From Octopus vulgaris (taxonomy: Eukaryota): a stretch of DNA of 64,000 bases. The stretch spans positions 56,854,001 to 56,918,000 of the forward strand of contig OX597825.1 in the NCBI GenBank assembly GCA_951406725.2, in the 5' to 3' direction. The notes beneath the pieces are model-generated. The model searched no databases, was not told the origin of the DNA, and was given only the letters and a program-made list of their open reading frames with translations. This document shows, one piece after another, positions 28,077 to 43,170 of the stretch (its first letter is position 1; each line of letters starts with the position of its first letter). Made by a program: the position numbers and the translations under genes.

Positions 28077-29498
28077 TTCTCTCACTCACATACACACATA
28101 ACACACACTTTCTGTCTTGCACCCCCATCAATACATACACACGTCCATGTCCATTTCCTCTCTCTTTCACTTTATGCTGACTTCAAACAAAATGTACATT
28201 TCCACTCACAAAAAATAAATATACATTTTTTACGGAAATTACCGAACGCCGTAAGGTAACAACTGAGCTACGCACACACACCTTCAAAATAAAATGAAAG
28301 GTTACCAAAATGGCTAGGCTATTGCCAAAATCTCTAAATAATATTTTTTTTCATTTTTAAGATATAATTTCATTAATTAATACATATGACATAATTACAC
28401 TAATTGCAAATTAGCAGTGTCGTTAATAATTTTTTCCTTACTTCAATGATGCTAGTGACATATATTAAAAGTCCTCTTATAGAACTATATCCATAAAACA
28501 GTATAGAACTATATTATCACCCTCAGGTTTGAGAAACAAAAACACTCATAACCTATCTGTTTTCATTGCATGAGATTGATAACATGAAATTTTTGGAATT
28601 GAGCTTTATCATTTAAGCTTAATTAAAAAATAGTTGTTTTTTAAATAAAAAAAAGTTACTTCGATCTAAACTTGAGTGGAGGCGTTACTTACTCTCCGAT
28701 AACGTTGCTACAAATTTTGATGTAAACTTTTTCTACTGGACCAAATCTCAATTTTTTTATGCCAAAATATAGCTAGGGACCAGCCCTCTTCAAAATATAT
28801 ATGTATGTATGTATATATATATATTTATATCTATATATATATATATATATATGTACATACATACATACATACATATATAGTTTACTTCGTTACGTTAAGA
28901 TCAGTAAAAGAGTACTCCATCCGGTGAGAGATAAATATCGTTTAATGTACACAGTATATCGCTATGAGCCACTGATAATTTCATACATTAGAGATGTTGT
29001 CTAGGCAGGTTTTTATAACACGCCTAATGTAGCCCTCTCTGGATTAGTCATATAGTCTCACGAACTTTGATCTTCTTTCTGTTGAATTCATGCACAGTAA
29101 TTATGATTCGGACGGGCCATAGGGACGCAACACTTAATTTCCTTTTCTTCTCTCTCTCCTTCCACTTTCTTATGTTACCTTCTTGTCTTTTCTTGTGTTT
29201 TCTCAATGACCAAAGCTCTTATTCGTTTTTCTCTCAAAAACTAGCATCCTTTCGCTTTTTCTTTTTTTTTTTTTTTCAAAACAGGCGAGCCATGTTGTGT
29301 ATTTGGGAACACATAGCACACTGTACAAGTTTTCCTGATAATTGTGTTTTCGTGAAACTAATAGCAGCTCGAATTTAAACCCTGTGTATATTGAATGATA
29401 TTTATCTGTCGTTGGATGGAATACTTCCTTGTTGCCCCCACCAATAACAGAACAGTATATGATGTATGTATATGTATGTATGTGGGTGGGTGGGTGTC

Positions 29499-29950
<452 letters not shown>

Positions 29951-30466
29951 ATTTTATCTTATTGATTTTTGTCTTATTATTTTCATGGTTTGATCGGTCA
30001 TCCTCCATCAATTACACGCTAATTCTTGAACTTAATGGCCCATCGGATTCACACATTGCACTAGAATGTGTGTGTACATATATGTTTGTGTTTGTATGTA
30101 TGTGTGCGTGCGTGTGTGTGTGTGCGTGAGTGCGTACGATTGTTTTTGACCCAGCATTAAAATGCAATTTATAGCTTTATCTTTTTCAAGTTTCACCATT
30201 CTATGAAGAATATAAAAATTATGGCCAAACATTTCATATGTATGTATATATATAATATATACATGTACATTATTAATAAATATATATGCATATATATACA
30301 TATATGTACATATATATGTGTATATATACATACATTTATCCCAATATACACATACACCTGCTTGTTGTTTATACACCTGTCTTTGTCTTTTGTTTTTCTG
30401 TAAATTTCAACTATATCTGTGTGTATGTGTATATGTGTGTGTGTAGAGAGAGAGAGAGATTGAGAG

Positions 30467-30534
<68 letters not shown>

Positions 30535-31397
30535 ACATACATATGCATTAATCTCTGATATATTTCTCTTTCTATGTGTGTAACAAAAGGAACTTTAATC
30601 CATGAACATATGTTTGTATTGTTCTTCTCAACAGATCAATCAAACAATTGATTAAAAAAGCACAAATATGTTGTACTTTTCTTACAACCAACATTACATA
30701 TATTTTTTAAAAATTTTATTATGTTTAATGTTGAATTATATGTGTTCACTAGAACACAGAAAGGCATATACTGCAGAAATTGTTTCGAGAGAAAAGTTCT
30801 CCTCATAGACAATATGTGAGAAAGAAACACATCATTAGGCTATGAATGATGTCATATTGCCTATAAGGAGAATTTTTTTCTCTTACAACAATTCTTGTAG
30901 TGTTTGTCTTTCCATGTTTCAATGCGCACAAACATAATAAATATATTTTATTCAACGTATTTTAGTTCGCCTCATATTAATTGTAATGTTACTTTTGCTT
31001 ATGTTGTACTTGCAAAAACGCGTTATTTTATAAAGCATGAACAACACCACATTTTGTACCCACATGGTTTGTTGCTACACGTGCTTTTGACTAATTTGAA
31101 TTAAAGCACCACTTAGATCGGGAGAGGTTTATTTTCTAGGAACACGTGGAAAGAAGAGAAAACTGATACAAATATATTTTTATATGTTTCTGCGAATTCT
31201 TATTTTCTTTAGTTTTCACCTTTAAACAATATTCACTTTTCAAATTTAGAGGTAAAGCATATATTTAAATGATATTTATTTTATTGAACACAAGAGGGTT
31301 GAGAAGAAAGTCTTTCCTTGAGATCTAACTATGTCACACCATTTATCACTCCGTCACTGCAAACCACACTACAGCAATTAATACTAAAGATACATAC

Positions 31398-31507
31398 TTA
31401 TCATAAAGGCAAATATCAGGAATCCATATCATGTCTTCTGGTAAGACAATTGATTCAATTCCATTGTATTCAGAGACATTCCAGACTAGGTTGCAATCCT
31501 TCCACTT
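31398..31507 (-). CDS. Same receptor, 110-nt exon containing loop A
   Basis: Acceptor tttttcgttgcag|AAG and donor AA|gtatgt. Translation KWKDCNLVWNVSEYNGIESIVLPEDMIWIPDICLYD+AA. The phase-2 end matches the next exon (AA+C = Asn). The 110-nt size matches alpha7-type exon 4. Confidence 0.96.
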
Positions 31508-31579
31508 CTGCAACGAAAAATTGAGGCAAAGATAATTCTACGTCTATAATTCTGTGTGCATGTGTTTGTGTGTTTGTGC

Positions 31580-31633
<54 letters not shown>

Positions 31634-31693
31634 GTGTGTCCGTGCGTACATATATGATATGCGCATGAGATAGCCAGACAGGCAGATAGGTAG

Positions 31694-31724
<31 letters not shown>

Positions 31725-31779
31725 GATTAATTCGTTTTACAAATATGTATGTGGTATATGTATATATAGATATATTTGC

Positions 31780-31822
<43 letters not shown>

Positions 31823-32879
31823 AATGTGTATTTATATATGCATGCACACGTGTTTGTGTATTATACATGTGTGTGTGCGCGTATGCCTGTGAGAAAGAGC
31901 GCGTGCCCACGTATGTTACAAAGTGGCCAACACTTGTCTGGAGGACCATAGAAGGGGTTCAAAGGACCGAGCAACATAAAATATCCCTGCCTGTTTTTCA
32001 CTTTAATCGTCTAGTCGTAGAAAGGGAGTATTTTGGTGTTTCACTTTTTACAAATTTTTGGTTCATCATGCTAGTGGAGCTTAGTGGTTGCAATGTAGAT
32101 TTGTTCTATCAAGGCATTTTTGAAACATAATAAAAATATCTTTATGACTTGTTTATTAGGGGATCAGAAACAAATTTACTATTTATGTGCGCGTGTATGT
32201 GTGTGCGTATGTGTGTGTATGTGAGTGTCTGTGTCTGTGTTCAGTATGCCTCTGTGTGTGTATGTCTGTGTGTTTGTGCTTGTGTGTGTGTATGCGTGTG
32301 TGTGTGTGTGAATATATTAAATGTAAGTTATGAATTGTCTATAGATGTTCGTAATGAGGGGATGTGAGAAAGAAAATATAGAATAAGAAGAGATAGAGGA
32401 TAGAGAATGGGATATAGTTACAAAGAGCAGGAGAAAATGGTGAAGAAAGAATGAAAAACACTAAGGTATAGTTTGGTGGGTATGTATACTGGGTTGTATT
32501 TGGTTATGAAATCAAAGATAGATTTTTATTTACTATGATCTGCCTTTCATTCTTTTTGGATCGTTAAAATAAAGTACCAATTGAGCGCTGGTGTCAATGA
32601 AATCAACTAAACCCTCTCGTTTCAAAACTATTGACTTGGTGTCTATATTAGGAACAACCATTTGGAATCAGCCTAATATGCATGGAAACACATGTAATCA
32701 GAAAGGTTAGATTTGTGTGCAAGCACTTGCCAAAGATGGATCAAGTTTAAGAAAGAAAGAAAGAAAGAAAGAGATCCTTGATGTAAAGCTTATGGATTTG
32801 TGAAACGGGTTTTCCTAGTTCAACTAACAAATGTAAGCCTTACTTTTAACCAAATTCCATCTCCTTACGGGTTGAAAAT

Positions 32880-33560
32880 GTCATTACTAAATCCACCCGT
32901 GTCTCAGCATCCTTAGATTGTACACAAAGAAATTATGGGTTATATTGGTGTTTCTTGTTGTTGTAGACACATAAACACTTTTATAAAAGAAATGACAATG
33001 GATTTTTTGACAACATAAGCACTGACTGTCTCCTTGGAGTATTCCTTTCCAAATATTCATAACATCAAGGACAATCATTCTGCTTCTGGATACAGGTGTG
33101 AGGATTATCGATCAAGTGTTTCTGAGTCTTTCATTGGCAGTGCCTAGAGCAGTAGGTACTTTCGTCAAGAGCAGCCATGATCGGGTATAGAATCGAGTGC
33201 TTTTCCTACTTCAGTCAGTACAAAACTATGTACCAAGAGTAATCCGGCACAGCCAAATTCACCCTTTTTCTTCCGCCTGCATGATCATTAGTTACGTCTT
33301 TGTTGAATTCGCAAATTGGTTTAGACAGCTTGAGTAAAGTTATAATAATGATTAGACAAAGCAGAGAGTTTATGTTTTTCTGCCAAAATCAGCTACGAGA
33401 TTCGTCCGTGCAATAGAAAACTAACTGATATGTCAATCTGACCTTCCATATTTATTTGGAATATTCACATCAATAACTTTCTGTACCTGTATCCAGCTAT
33501 CGATCTCTTCCCGGTGCCTTCTCATTATACAACTTTCCTATAGCTTTGGTGATTATAGAA
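32880..33560 (-). pseudogene. Highly decayed non-LTR RT fragment (possibly R4/Dong-like)
   Basis: Fragments KALDSIP, KGILQGDS and NITHNFFVYNL, resembling RT motifs KAFDSVPH, GIxQGDSL and HLLFMDDL. Confidence 0.5.
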
Positions 33561-34419
33561 GTTATATTGTTGATGTTGTTACAGTATTCTTTCTTGAATA
33601 TAACGAGCTATGATATTAGCCATGATACATTCTGACTGAAATCTCTCTTTTTATTACAGATCTTAGACCAGAATTATTTAAATTTTTCCCAAGAATGGGT
33701 TCTTTTTGCGAAGATATTGTTTTTATTCATCCAGTGTTGTACAGCATCTGATTCAAAAGAAAATTCTTATTACTAGCAAATCTTTCTAAACATGAAGTTT
33801 TTCACTCAACGTTTTGAGTTTGTATTTTGAAAATCTTTGTTTCCTCCACAAGAATTTGGAAAGTAGAATTTCTGCACATTTTGTCAATTTTTTTTTATAA
33901 TATGTACTTGTGCTGTGAATTTATTATTCACTTTACACCTTAAGACGGTATTTAAATGTCCGATTCTGTGGTGCATATTGTTTATGTTTTCTTCTAGTTA
34001 TATTATTCCCCGGGACTGCTTACGTTGAGTTTCTCATTACGAAACGCCCTGAAGGTATCTCCAAGGTGTTTTTCCACTGTGACAGCAGCTGTATACAAGC
34101 GGTTATTGATAATTCAATACATATCACATATTTTTTAAATAGTCAACTGCGATATCGCCTGTAACGTTTAACTTGAGAATGGATGAGGTTTTTTCCCTAT
34201 TCTCGCCAAAAACGATCTGTTGTTTAATGATAGCTTGGAAAAAATGAAAAATTATTTTCAAACTGCAATTTTAAATTGGCTTTAAAATGCATATATCTTA
34301 CAGTTATCTCTGTCGAATCAGTTTCATACGAAGATATACGTTTACAAAAATTAGTACACCCCTAGCAGTTGTATTCATTTTCTTCAATTTTTTTTATAAG
34401 TAAATTTCTATTAGAAACT

Positions 34420-34722
34420 GTTATGGTGTTGCTGTTGATTCGATCAACGGAACAGCCTTCTCCTGAAATTAACTTACAAGTGAGTGAGCACTCCACAGAT
34501 ACGCGTAACCTTAAAGTAGTTCTCAGGGAGATTCAGCGTGACACAGAATGACACAAGGCCGGGCCTTTGAAATACAGCCACTATTCATTATTGCCAGCTA
34601 AGTGGACTGGTGCAACGTGAAATAAAGTGTCTTGCTCAAGAACACAATGCCTCCAATTATCGAGTTCACGGCCTTCACGATCGTGAGCCGAATACCCTAA
34701 CAATTAAGCCAAACGCCTTCAC
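34420..34722 (-). mobile_element. tRNA-like SINE family D (plus-strand copy at 56612-56905)
   Basis: gaaataaagtgtcttgctcaag.acacaa...gagccgaataccctaac...gccttc mirrors 56612-56905. Confidence 0.75.
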
Positions 34723-34879
34723 TGCTTGCATTTACTTGCTTCCAAAAGTCAGTTCACCTTCAGAGTGTTCATAAGAAAGATAATACTTTATGTGTGCTCT
34801 TTTGTTTTTGATAACCGCCACCAGATGGCTATGTATAAACTCCGCCAGATTAACACGAGTAGATGATAAGATGTGACCA

Positions 34880-35153
34880 CCGTGACCGACCAGGCTACCA
34901 GATGTTACTACACATCGCTGGTCACAATGCGCTTCGCATTGTTTTAGCCTTCGAATGACGCCACCCCGCTGGCTTAAGCGAGCAGGCCAATAGAAGAGTA
35001 GTGAAAGGGTAAAGCAGGGATCACCACCACCCCTGTTGAGCCTCGTGGAGCTTTAGGTGTTTTCGCTCATTAAACACTCACAACGCCCGGTCTGGTAATC
35101 GAAATCGCGATCCTACGACCGCGAGTCCGCTGCCCTAACCATTGCGCCTCCAC
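34880..35153 (-). mobile_element. tRNA-like SINE family C (5' copy at 48040-48146 on +)
   Basis: ...cgcgagtccgctgccctaaccattgcgcctccac is the reverse complement of the head gtggaggcgcaatgg...ttagggcagcggactcgcgg at 48040. Confidence 0.75.
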
Positions 35154-35159
35154 GATAAG

Positions 35160-35950
35160 ATGTAGTAACACTCATATTTAAGATATCTTTGAGCCGGAGA
35201 TTTGATAGTCACCGTTCTTCTACATTTCATGTTATAACTCGCTATAGATGATCAATGGAATTTAAATCCGATTCCATGAAGGGTTACTCTATCACTTTTT
35301 ACCGTTGCTAGACTGAGTGTTTGGGATCATTGTAGTGTTGAAACAGTGTACCTTGACCTAGACTTCGGTGTTGGAAGCATGTTTTCTTTCAGGATTTTAC
35401 AGTATTTCTCAGCCGTCATGATACCAACTATGACATATACACTACCGACACCCTGTGAAGACATTGCACTCCCATACCATCACATTGACTCCACTATCCT
35501 TCACGATATATATGATGCAATTCTCAAAGTATGTTTCCTCAGGTCTACGCCACACTCGTCATCAAATCTAAATAGGTTGGATTTTGTATCACTGGACCAA
35601 AGCTTCTTATCCCAGAATACCCTAGTTTTAACATTATGGGTTCAGGCGAACTTCAAACGGGCATCTATATGTCATCCATGCAGGTTTACGAAATGCAAGT
35701 TACACCTAACGGTTTGCGCTAATATGGTACAGCCACTGACTTCAGACACTTCCCGAGCGAGTTCTGACGCATTTTTCTGCGATTTTTATTGGCCCTTGTT
35801 GTGGTCAGACGTGCCAGTCGCATAGTCATCTTCTTTGGTCGACCTGTACGAGTATTCACAGGTTCCACTGCATCGTTCTTACTTTAAATTTTGAACTATT
35901 TCGGTAACAGACTTTTTACTTACTTTCAAAACATTCTTGGTTTTCTATAC
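35160..35950 (-). pseudogene. Decayed Tc1-type transposase
   Basis: Fragments WDKKLWSSDTK (LWSDETK-like), GIMTAEKYCKILKENMLP and NDPKHS (QDNDPKH-like). Confidence 0.7.
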
Positions 35951-37004
35951 ATGATCTGTGTTGCATACAGACTTTTCCCCTTAAACCACTAGCTAGTTCT
36001 CAACCTCCACATTCAGTACTATTGGCAGAATTGTATTAATTTTTTTCTGACTGGCTGTATGAGAGTTTAGTAATGGTAATGATGAGTGAGTTTTTTTCCT
36101 GTTTTGTTTTCACATTTCTATCGCTCTCTTCTATATAACAGTTTTTGGCTGGTTTTGAATATATTCAGAAAATTGACAAACATCACAGGAGCTAGAATAA
36201 CAATTGCTATCTATAGTCGCCACTTTATGCGTGTACGTATTTATAAACTTTAAATGTATTGTTTATTTTACCTTTATGATTATAATCTTTCTTCATGTGG
36301 ATACAACAAACCTGCAGTAAATTCGTTAAAACTTTATTTTACGTCAAAATATATCATTTTAATTTTAACTGAAAATTATTTCTTTGAATTTATTTTAAAC
36401 CTATTCCTTTCATCGCTAAAGTATCTCGACTCAGCTAAAGAATCTGCCTATGTGATCGCATGACTTCCTAGAAATATAAGACAAATCATACCACACCAAC
36501 TTAAAAAATGAAGAACACATTGGATAGTGCTTCCTAAATACACTGTTTGAAAAGGTAAGACGCGATGGTTGCGGTTGGAACGCTTTTCATCCGTTGGATC
36601 AGAACTAAGCTGCGGCTGAACAACAACTGTATATATATGGTATGTATGTATATTAATGAAGAATAGAGTAGTTGTTGTTAGATTTCTTCTATAAATTACA
36701 ATTGTTTCAAAAACGTGTGGCTGACCAATGAAACACCATTTACGGAGACATGGATGAGGACAATGATATAGGCGTGTCCATCATGTAATGCATATTACAT
36801 AATAACCTCCATGACCGTTTAATCATAAATCGGACGATCGTTACAGATTAGACATTACTATATCCCTGTATATGTCTTTGTCTAAATGCGCGATATTTGA
36901 TTTGTCACCCACACGTTGTTTAAACAACTGTATACCAATGCATAAATGTAATATCAGCTACACAATTCTTCTTTAATATGCATGCAAACCACTTACATCT
37001 ATAT

Positions 37005-37086
<82 letters not shown>

Positions 37087-37112
37087 GTGTATGTATATAT
37101 ATATATTATGTA

Positions 37113-37162
<50 letters not shown>

Positions 37163-37323
37163 GGAGTATAGCTCCAAACTTACAGGGAAAAATTCAACTT
37201 AGTATTAAATCAAATTTCACAGTATAAATATATAAAATATGAATTAGAGATAAAACCACTATTAGGCAACTCAAACAGTGATAGACATAAACCAATACAT
37301 AAATAATAAATATAATTAATATA

Positions 37324-37376
<53 letters not shown>

Positions 37377-37953
37377 TATATAATATAATATACAAATAAT
37401 ATAAATATAATTAATATAATATATATATATATATATATATATCTTTTTTTTTCAAAAAGGTATAAAAAGAATGATAAATATAATATAGGCATATAATAAG
37501 TAAAAACACTACGTACGTTTCATGGCTATAATTAAATTCGAATTACAATTAAGTTTAAGTTCAATTGAAATAAATTCGAACTAAAATTATAGTCAATCTT
37601 CAGGTTAATGATAATAGTTAAATAAATAAGCAAATAGAGTTAAACAATATTTTTCAAGAAATAAATAAAATAATAATTTTTCTTATAAAAAAATCCATTA
37701 TCTATATTAGAAACTTAAAACATTAGGATTATGTTATACAACCCATTTATTATGTTAAATATTTATTTTTAAGGTAAAATAAAACAGATAGAAATATGTA
37801 TTTATCTATGAAGATATAATATGGCTTTAAAAAACCATAATAAACTCACGAATAAACTCATGAAACGTACGTAGTGTTTTTACTTATTATATTATATTTA
37901 TCACTCTTTTTATACTTTTTGGAAAAAAATTATATATATATATATATTACTAT

Positions 37954-38012
<59 letters not shown>

Positions 38013-38096
38013 TTATATTTATATTATTTGTTATTTATGTATTGGTTTATGTCTATCACTGTTTGAGTTGCCTAATAGTGGTTTTATCTCTAATTC

Positions 38097-38153
<57 letters not shown>

Positions 38154-38179
38154 TTACATTACTTAGATAAGTTTCGGCC

Positions 38180-38940
38180 GAAGTTGGCCCAGGTCATTTC
38201 TAATTTAATAGCACCACCTGGAAGAGATACACAGTCAGCTCTTGGGCACCTTAGCCCATTCGAGCAGAGAATTATTGTTTTCAGAGACATATCCGGGTGT
38301 GGGTGGTTTGTCTGGTACTTGTTGGAGGTAATCATCTAGGGACCGTTTAAATGCCGTGAAATCACTCTTCCTCCTTTATGTGGGCTGGCACGTTGTTGAA
38401 GAAAGCAGGGCCAGTTGAGATGAAATAGTTCTGTCGTAGTGCTGTGATACGATATGAACATGATTTCTGTAGCCTGATCTTTTTTGAGTCGATCCCAATA
38501 GTCAAGGCTTGTCATGTCATCTATTTTTTTGTGATTGATCTTTGGGGAGCTTCAGTTTTCATAATATTCTGTATTGTGTGGGGAGGACCACAGCGGACAA
38601 CAGTATTCAAGGTGAGAACGAGCAAAAGTAGAGAAAAGTAGAATAATAATAGGGGCGTCTCTAGACCGGAAAGTCCTGAGTATCCAGGAGCACGTCCTGT
38701 GAGCCATGTCAACTTTGCTGTTTATGTGAGCACTCCACCTTATTTTGTTGTCAACAGTAACACTTAGGTCTCTAGCAGGCAGTGCTGTATACCATGAGGG
38801 TTTCGCCCGAGGGAAGAGTGTATGGTTGTTGGAATGCAGTCTCTTTACCGAAGTGGATTAGGTTGAATTTTTTCTCGTTTAGCTGCGTATTATGTTTCTC
38901 CGCCCATTGGATCAAATTGAAAATTTGTCTAGTTTTCAAA
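38180..38940 (-). pseudogene. Decayed CR1-like LINE 3' region
   Basis: Fragments WILRTFRSRD, HLEYCCPLWSPH and EAPQRSITKKI. Confidence 0.7.
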
Positions 38941-38948
38941 CCTGTCAA

Positions 38949-39019
<71 letters not shown>

Positions 39020-40033
39020 GAAGCTTGTTAATGTTTCTGTTTACAAATGAAGGAAATCGTATTCAATATGTTGAGTTGTGCATACTATTAGAAACTGAAG
39101 TTTCTTGAATCGTTACTTACAGTTCTACGTCGCGATGAAAGGGATGTGGCGTTGCAATATCACGGGAAAATATTCGTGAACACAACAGAATACGATTAGT
39201 GATCGAAATTTGATTGGTTACAAAAACTGTTCGAAAATGCATCATATTTTTGGTTAATTATTATAAGCGGAAGAAGTGATATATTCATTTCCCTTGGTCT
39301 CACGAATTACAATAAAGCAAAATACTATAAAGAGCTTACTGAAAATCCCCTTGAAAAAGATTCTCACAACATATGTATGCCTTCAGACAAAAAGCCTCTT
39401 CATCTCACCAACCAGATATATTTTGGAATTTGAAGGATGGTATTATTTACATAAACTGGTCTATTATAAAAAATGCGCCACCTCACGTTAATGGCACCAG
39501 ATATGACTTTGTATTTCAAATAATGACATCTTTTTACAGACTGTAATTGTGAACAAAAGATCGGAATTGCTGAATTCTTGTAATGACTGACATTAATATT
39601 AATTGAGGAGTTTCCAAACTTCAACTGGTGAAAATAGTTTATTTTTTCAGCAATTGATTTGCCATATCTTAAAAGATTTCCAAATATTTGGAGGAAAAAA
39701 ATCATTCAATGATTCCTCAACACTATAACTTCATAAACAATAGCCACTTTGCTTTCTTCCATGTGTTTTGAACATATGAAAGACGTGAAAATAATACGTT
39801 TTTGCTAGTGAAAACGAATATATTACGTGCTCTGCGTTTAACATTTGCCTGAACGAATGTGCTGCACTTTTTAAAACAGCTTTTCGTCAACCAATTGAAA
39901 TTTGATCACTAATATATTGATCTTACGAATAATATTGCTTATATATAGTCCTGCTATTTCCCTTTTTCAGTCGCTTGAATGTACTCTTACTTAAGTCCCA
40001 GAGTAACGGCTCAAAAAGCTTTAGATTCTAAGA

Positions 40034-40089
<56 letters not shown>

Positions 40090-41057
40090 TATGCACACAC
40101 AGACACACGGGCGCATGCACTCACACTAGCATACACACGCATGCACACACACATATATGCGTGCGCACACATATAGTCTGACGAAGGCTAGCAGACCTAA
40201 ACTTCGAATTCACAGTCAACCCTCTTCTTACAAAAATGTAATAAATACGTACGCAGACCTTTATTATTTGACTGCACGTGTGGAAATTTCAAAGTTTAGT
40301 GAACATTTTAAAATTTGGTGTATTTATGTAATTTTCCACACTAAATCTCGGGGGAAATTTAGCTTTTTGCAGAAAAAATTTTTTAGTTACAGAAGTTTAA
40401 AGTTTGATCATTTTTACCCAGTCAGAAAATAGGATCTGGAAGCTGTCACTTTGTGCGTGACAGCATGTGTTATCAACTGTAAACAAATAAAATATTGGCG
40501 GAATTCTGCTTTACGCAGACTATATAATCCCTCATAACTTCTTTATTTTTTGAAATTTTCAGAAACTTTTTACGAATTCATATTCTACATACCGGAATTC
40601 ATATGATTATGCAAAAACTAAGTAAAAATGTTTTCGTGCGTGATTTAAGGACTATCTAGTTATTATTTCCATTATTATCTTACAACCACCATTTAATAAG
40701 CGAAATATTACCGCGTGAGTAAGCAGCCTGATAACAGCTTGGCTTGTTACTGCGGAAACATACGATTGGCTAAAATTACCCAAAATTTACAAGTTTTAAA
40801 AGCTATTAACTCTTTGTTAATTGATTTATGGCGAAAATGAATTTCATGTCAATGATTAGCATGCGAAACTACATCATTACAGCTAATATGAAATCAACTG
40901 AAATAGAAATTGAAAGAATTGAAAATGGCAGCCAAACAGAAAAGATTCATGTACACTACTAAAAAGTATTAAATAATTCTTCAGTCAATGGTTAAGTTGC
41001 TATTGTATACAACCTGATATAAAAACAAGCGCATCAATATATATATATACATATATA

Positions 41058-41610
41058 AATTTTTTTTCAGAATGAGATAAAAAACCAAGGCTGTGAAGAT
41101 TGTAGAACATTTATAAATAGAAGGCCTTACTGTTGTTTCCATGATATTTATTATATCCCTTCAACGGAGATGGTGTGAGAAAGTGGTTAAGCAATAGTTA
41201 ATTTAGATAAGATACAAAATAGGGAGTGAAATGGAAGAATGAAAATGGATGTGAGATATGCAGGGATATTGCATTTGTAGATCCATTACTTAGGCTGAAT
41301 GGTATACATATAAGATTCCAATACCTTATGAGTAAATTCCAAGGTATTGGAATCTTATATGTATACCATTCTGCCTAAATAATGGATCTACAAATGCGAT
41401 ATCCCTGTATATCTCACATCTATTTTCATTCCTCCACTTCACTCTCTATTTCGTATCTTATATAAATTAACTATTGCTTAATCATATTCTTACACTGTCT
41501 CCGATGAAGGGATATAATAAATATCATGGAAACAGCTGTAAGACCTCCTATTTATAAATGTTCTAAAATCTTTAAAGCTTTGGTTTTTTTATCTCATTCT
41601 GAAAAAAATT
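41058..41610. repeat. Long palindrome (about 270-bp arms, 13-nt loop), each arm carrying a hammerhead-like motif
   Basis: ttttcagaatgagataaaaaaccaa...taagattccaatacctt-atgagtaaattcc-aaggtattggaatctta...ttggtttttttatctcattctgaaaa. Confidence 0.92.
41497..41544 (+). ncRNA. Minimal type-I hammerhead-like motif with a palindromic helix-III loop
   Basis: GUCU CCGAUGA AGGGAUAU aauaa AUAUCAUG GAAAC AGCU GUA AGAC; stem I GUCU/AGAC; base of stem II imperfect. Confidence 0.55.
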
Positions 41611-41764
41611 GTTTTCTATATATACACATGCTGATATATGACCTACGTTGGACTCCTTATTCGCATAATCACCGAACCTGGAGCCTAACTATTGTCTACC
41701 CACAGCACTTACTCAGCATTACCTGACACCTTTGGGTCTTATTGACACCATTACCTCTCATAAG

Positions 41765-41859
<95 letters not shown>

Positions 41860-42124
41860 TTTGTTTGTGTGTGGAAACCGGGCAAGCGGCCTTATGATTC
41901 CTGGGGCTCAAGATATATATATATAATATATATAGAGAGAGAGAGAGAATGAGAGAGAGAGAGAAAGAGAGAGGGGGAGTAAGTGAGTGAGAGGGAGAGA
42001 GAGTTGTCGCCCTTATTATCATTAAATACTCTTTCATATGTCGAACTCTTTGAAGTATTCAGTGGTTCTTCAACCTACTGAATTAAGGGGAAGTCATTGA
42101 TCGTATTTTGAATAATATACTTAC

Positions 42125-42169
42125 AAAGCGTAACCAGATATTGGAATTTAAGACTTGCTCTTGTTCATT
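42125..42169 (-). CDS. Same receptor, 45-nt exon containing loop D
   Basis: Acceptor gtttattctattccag|AAT and donor TTT|gtaagt. Translation NEQEQVLNSNIWLRF, equivalent to the conserved 45-nt DEKNQVLTTNIWLQM exon. Phase 0/0. Confidence 0.93.
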
Positions 42170-42920
42170 CTGGAATAGAATAAACAAAAACATATTTCAC
42201 AAACAGGATTCTCATTGGTTGTCTATTTTCATTACAAGGGAAAGAAATATTTTGCTATTTATGTATTTTATTTTTCTTCTTTTTTTCTCTCGTTAGTGAA
42301 ATAAGTTAATTGAACTGGAGTAAAATACATCATTTAATTTTTATATATTTATTTAATTTGATTCTTTTTCCGTTTCAACTACAAATCCTTACATTTCATA
42401 AACTCCAACAAAACTCTGGGATTCGTAAATTAAATTCAAACAAGAAATTGTTGTCTTCGATGTTTTATTTTAAACAATGACAAAGAATGCATTTATTTTA
42501 AATCAAACATAAAATTATTTTAACTTATTTAAAATTAAACATAAATTTAAAACTCAAATTTGATTAGAGAATAGAATAGAGAGTATAGATTGAGTATTGA
42601 GTATATAGAACTCGTTTGCTTTGGAAATTTTCATACTAACCATGAGTAAATGTATGTATATATGTATGTATGAATATATAAATGTGTGTGTGTCGGTATG
42701 GTTATTGTTTACCCTCTTGTCCGCTCTAAATCCAACAGGCCTATGAACAATGACCCAATGCCCCATGACCAAATTTCAATAGTATTTCTTTCAACAGACG
42801 AATTCACATCAAGAATCTTCCTTTTTAAACCAAATACAAATACGAACCATATATATGATGGACACATATATCATTCCTATCTATCTATCTATGCTGATCT
42901 ATCTATCTATCTAGTCTCGC

Positions 42921-42960
<40 letters not shown>

Positions 42961-43089
42961 GTTTGAGTATGTGTGTATCTATCTAGTTGTGTGTACTAAC
43001 TATCCATCTATCTATCTATGTGTATCTATATGAGCATGTGTATACTTGTGACCATGATAGTACAGATCTGACTGCAGCTGTGATATATG

Positions 43090-43090
43090 C

Positions 43091-43170
<80 letters not shown>

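Noticed and set aside
40175-40225. CTGACGA-AGG...CCT-AAAC hammerhead-like trace
   Set aside because: G12 is missing and there is no convincing stem I or cleavage triplet.
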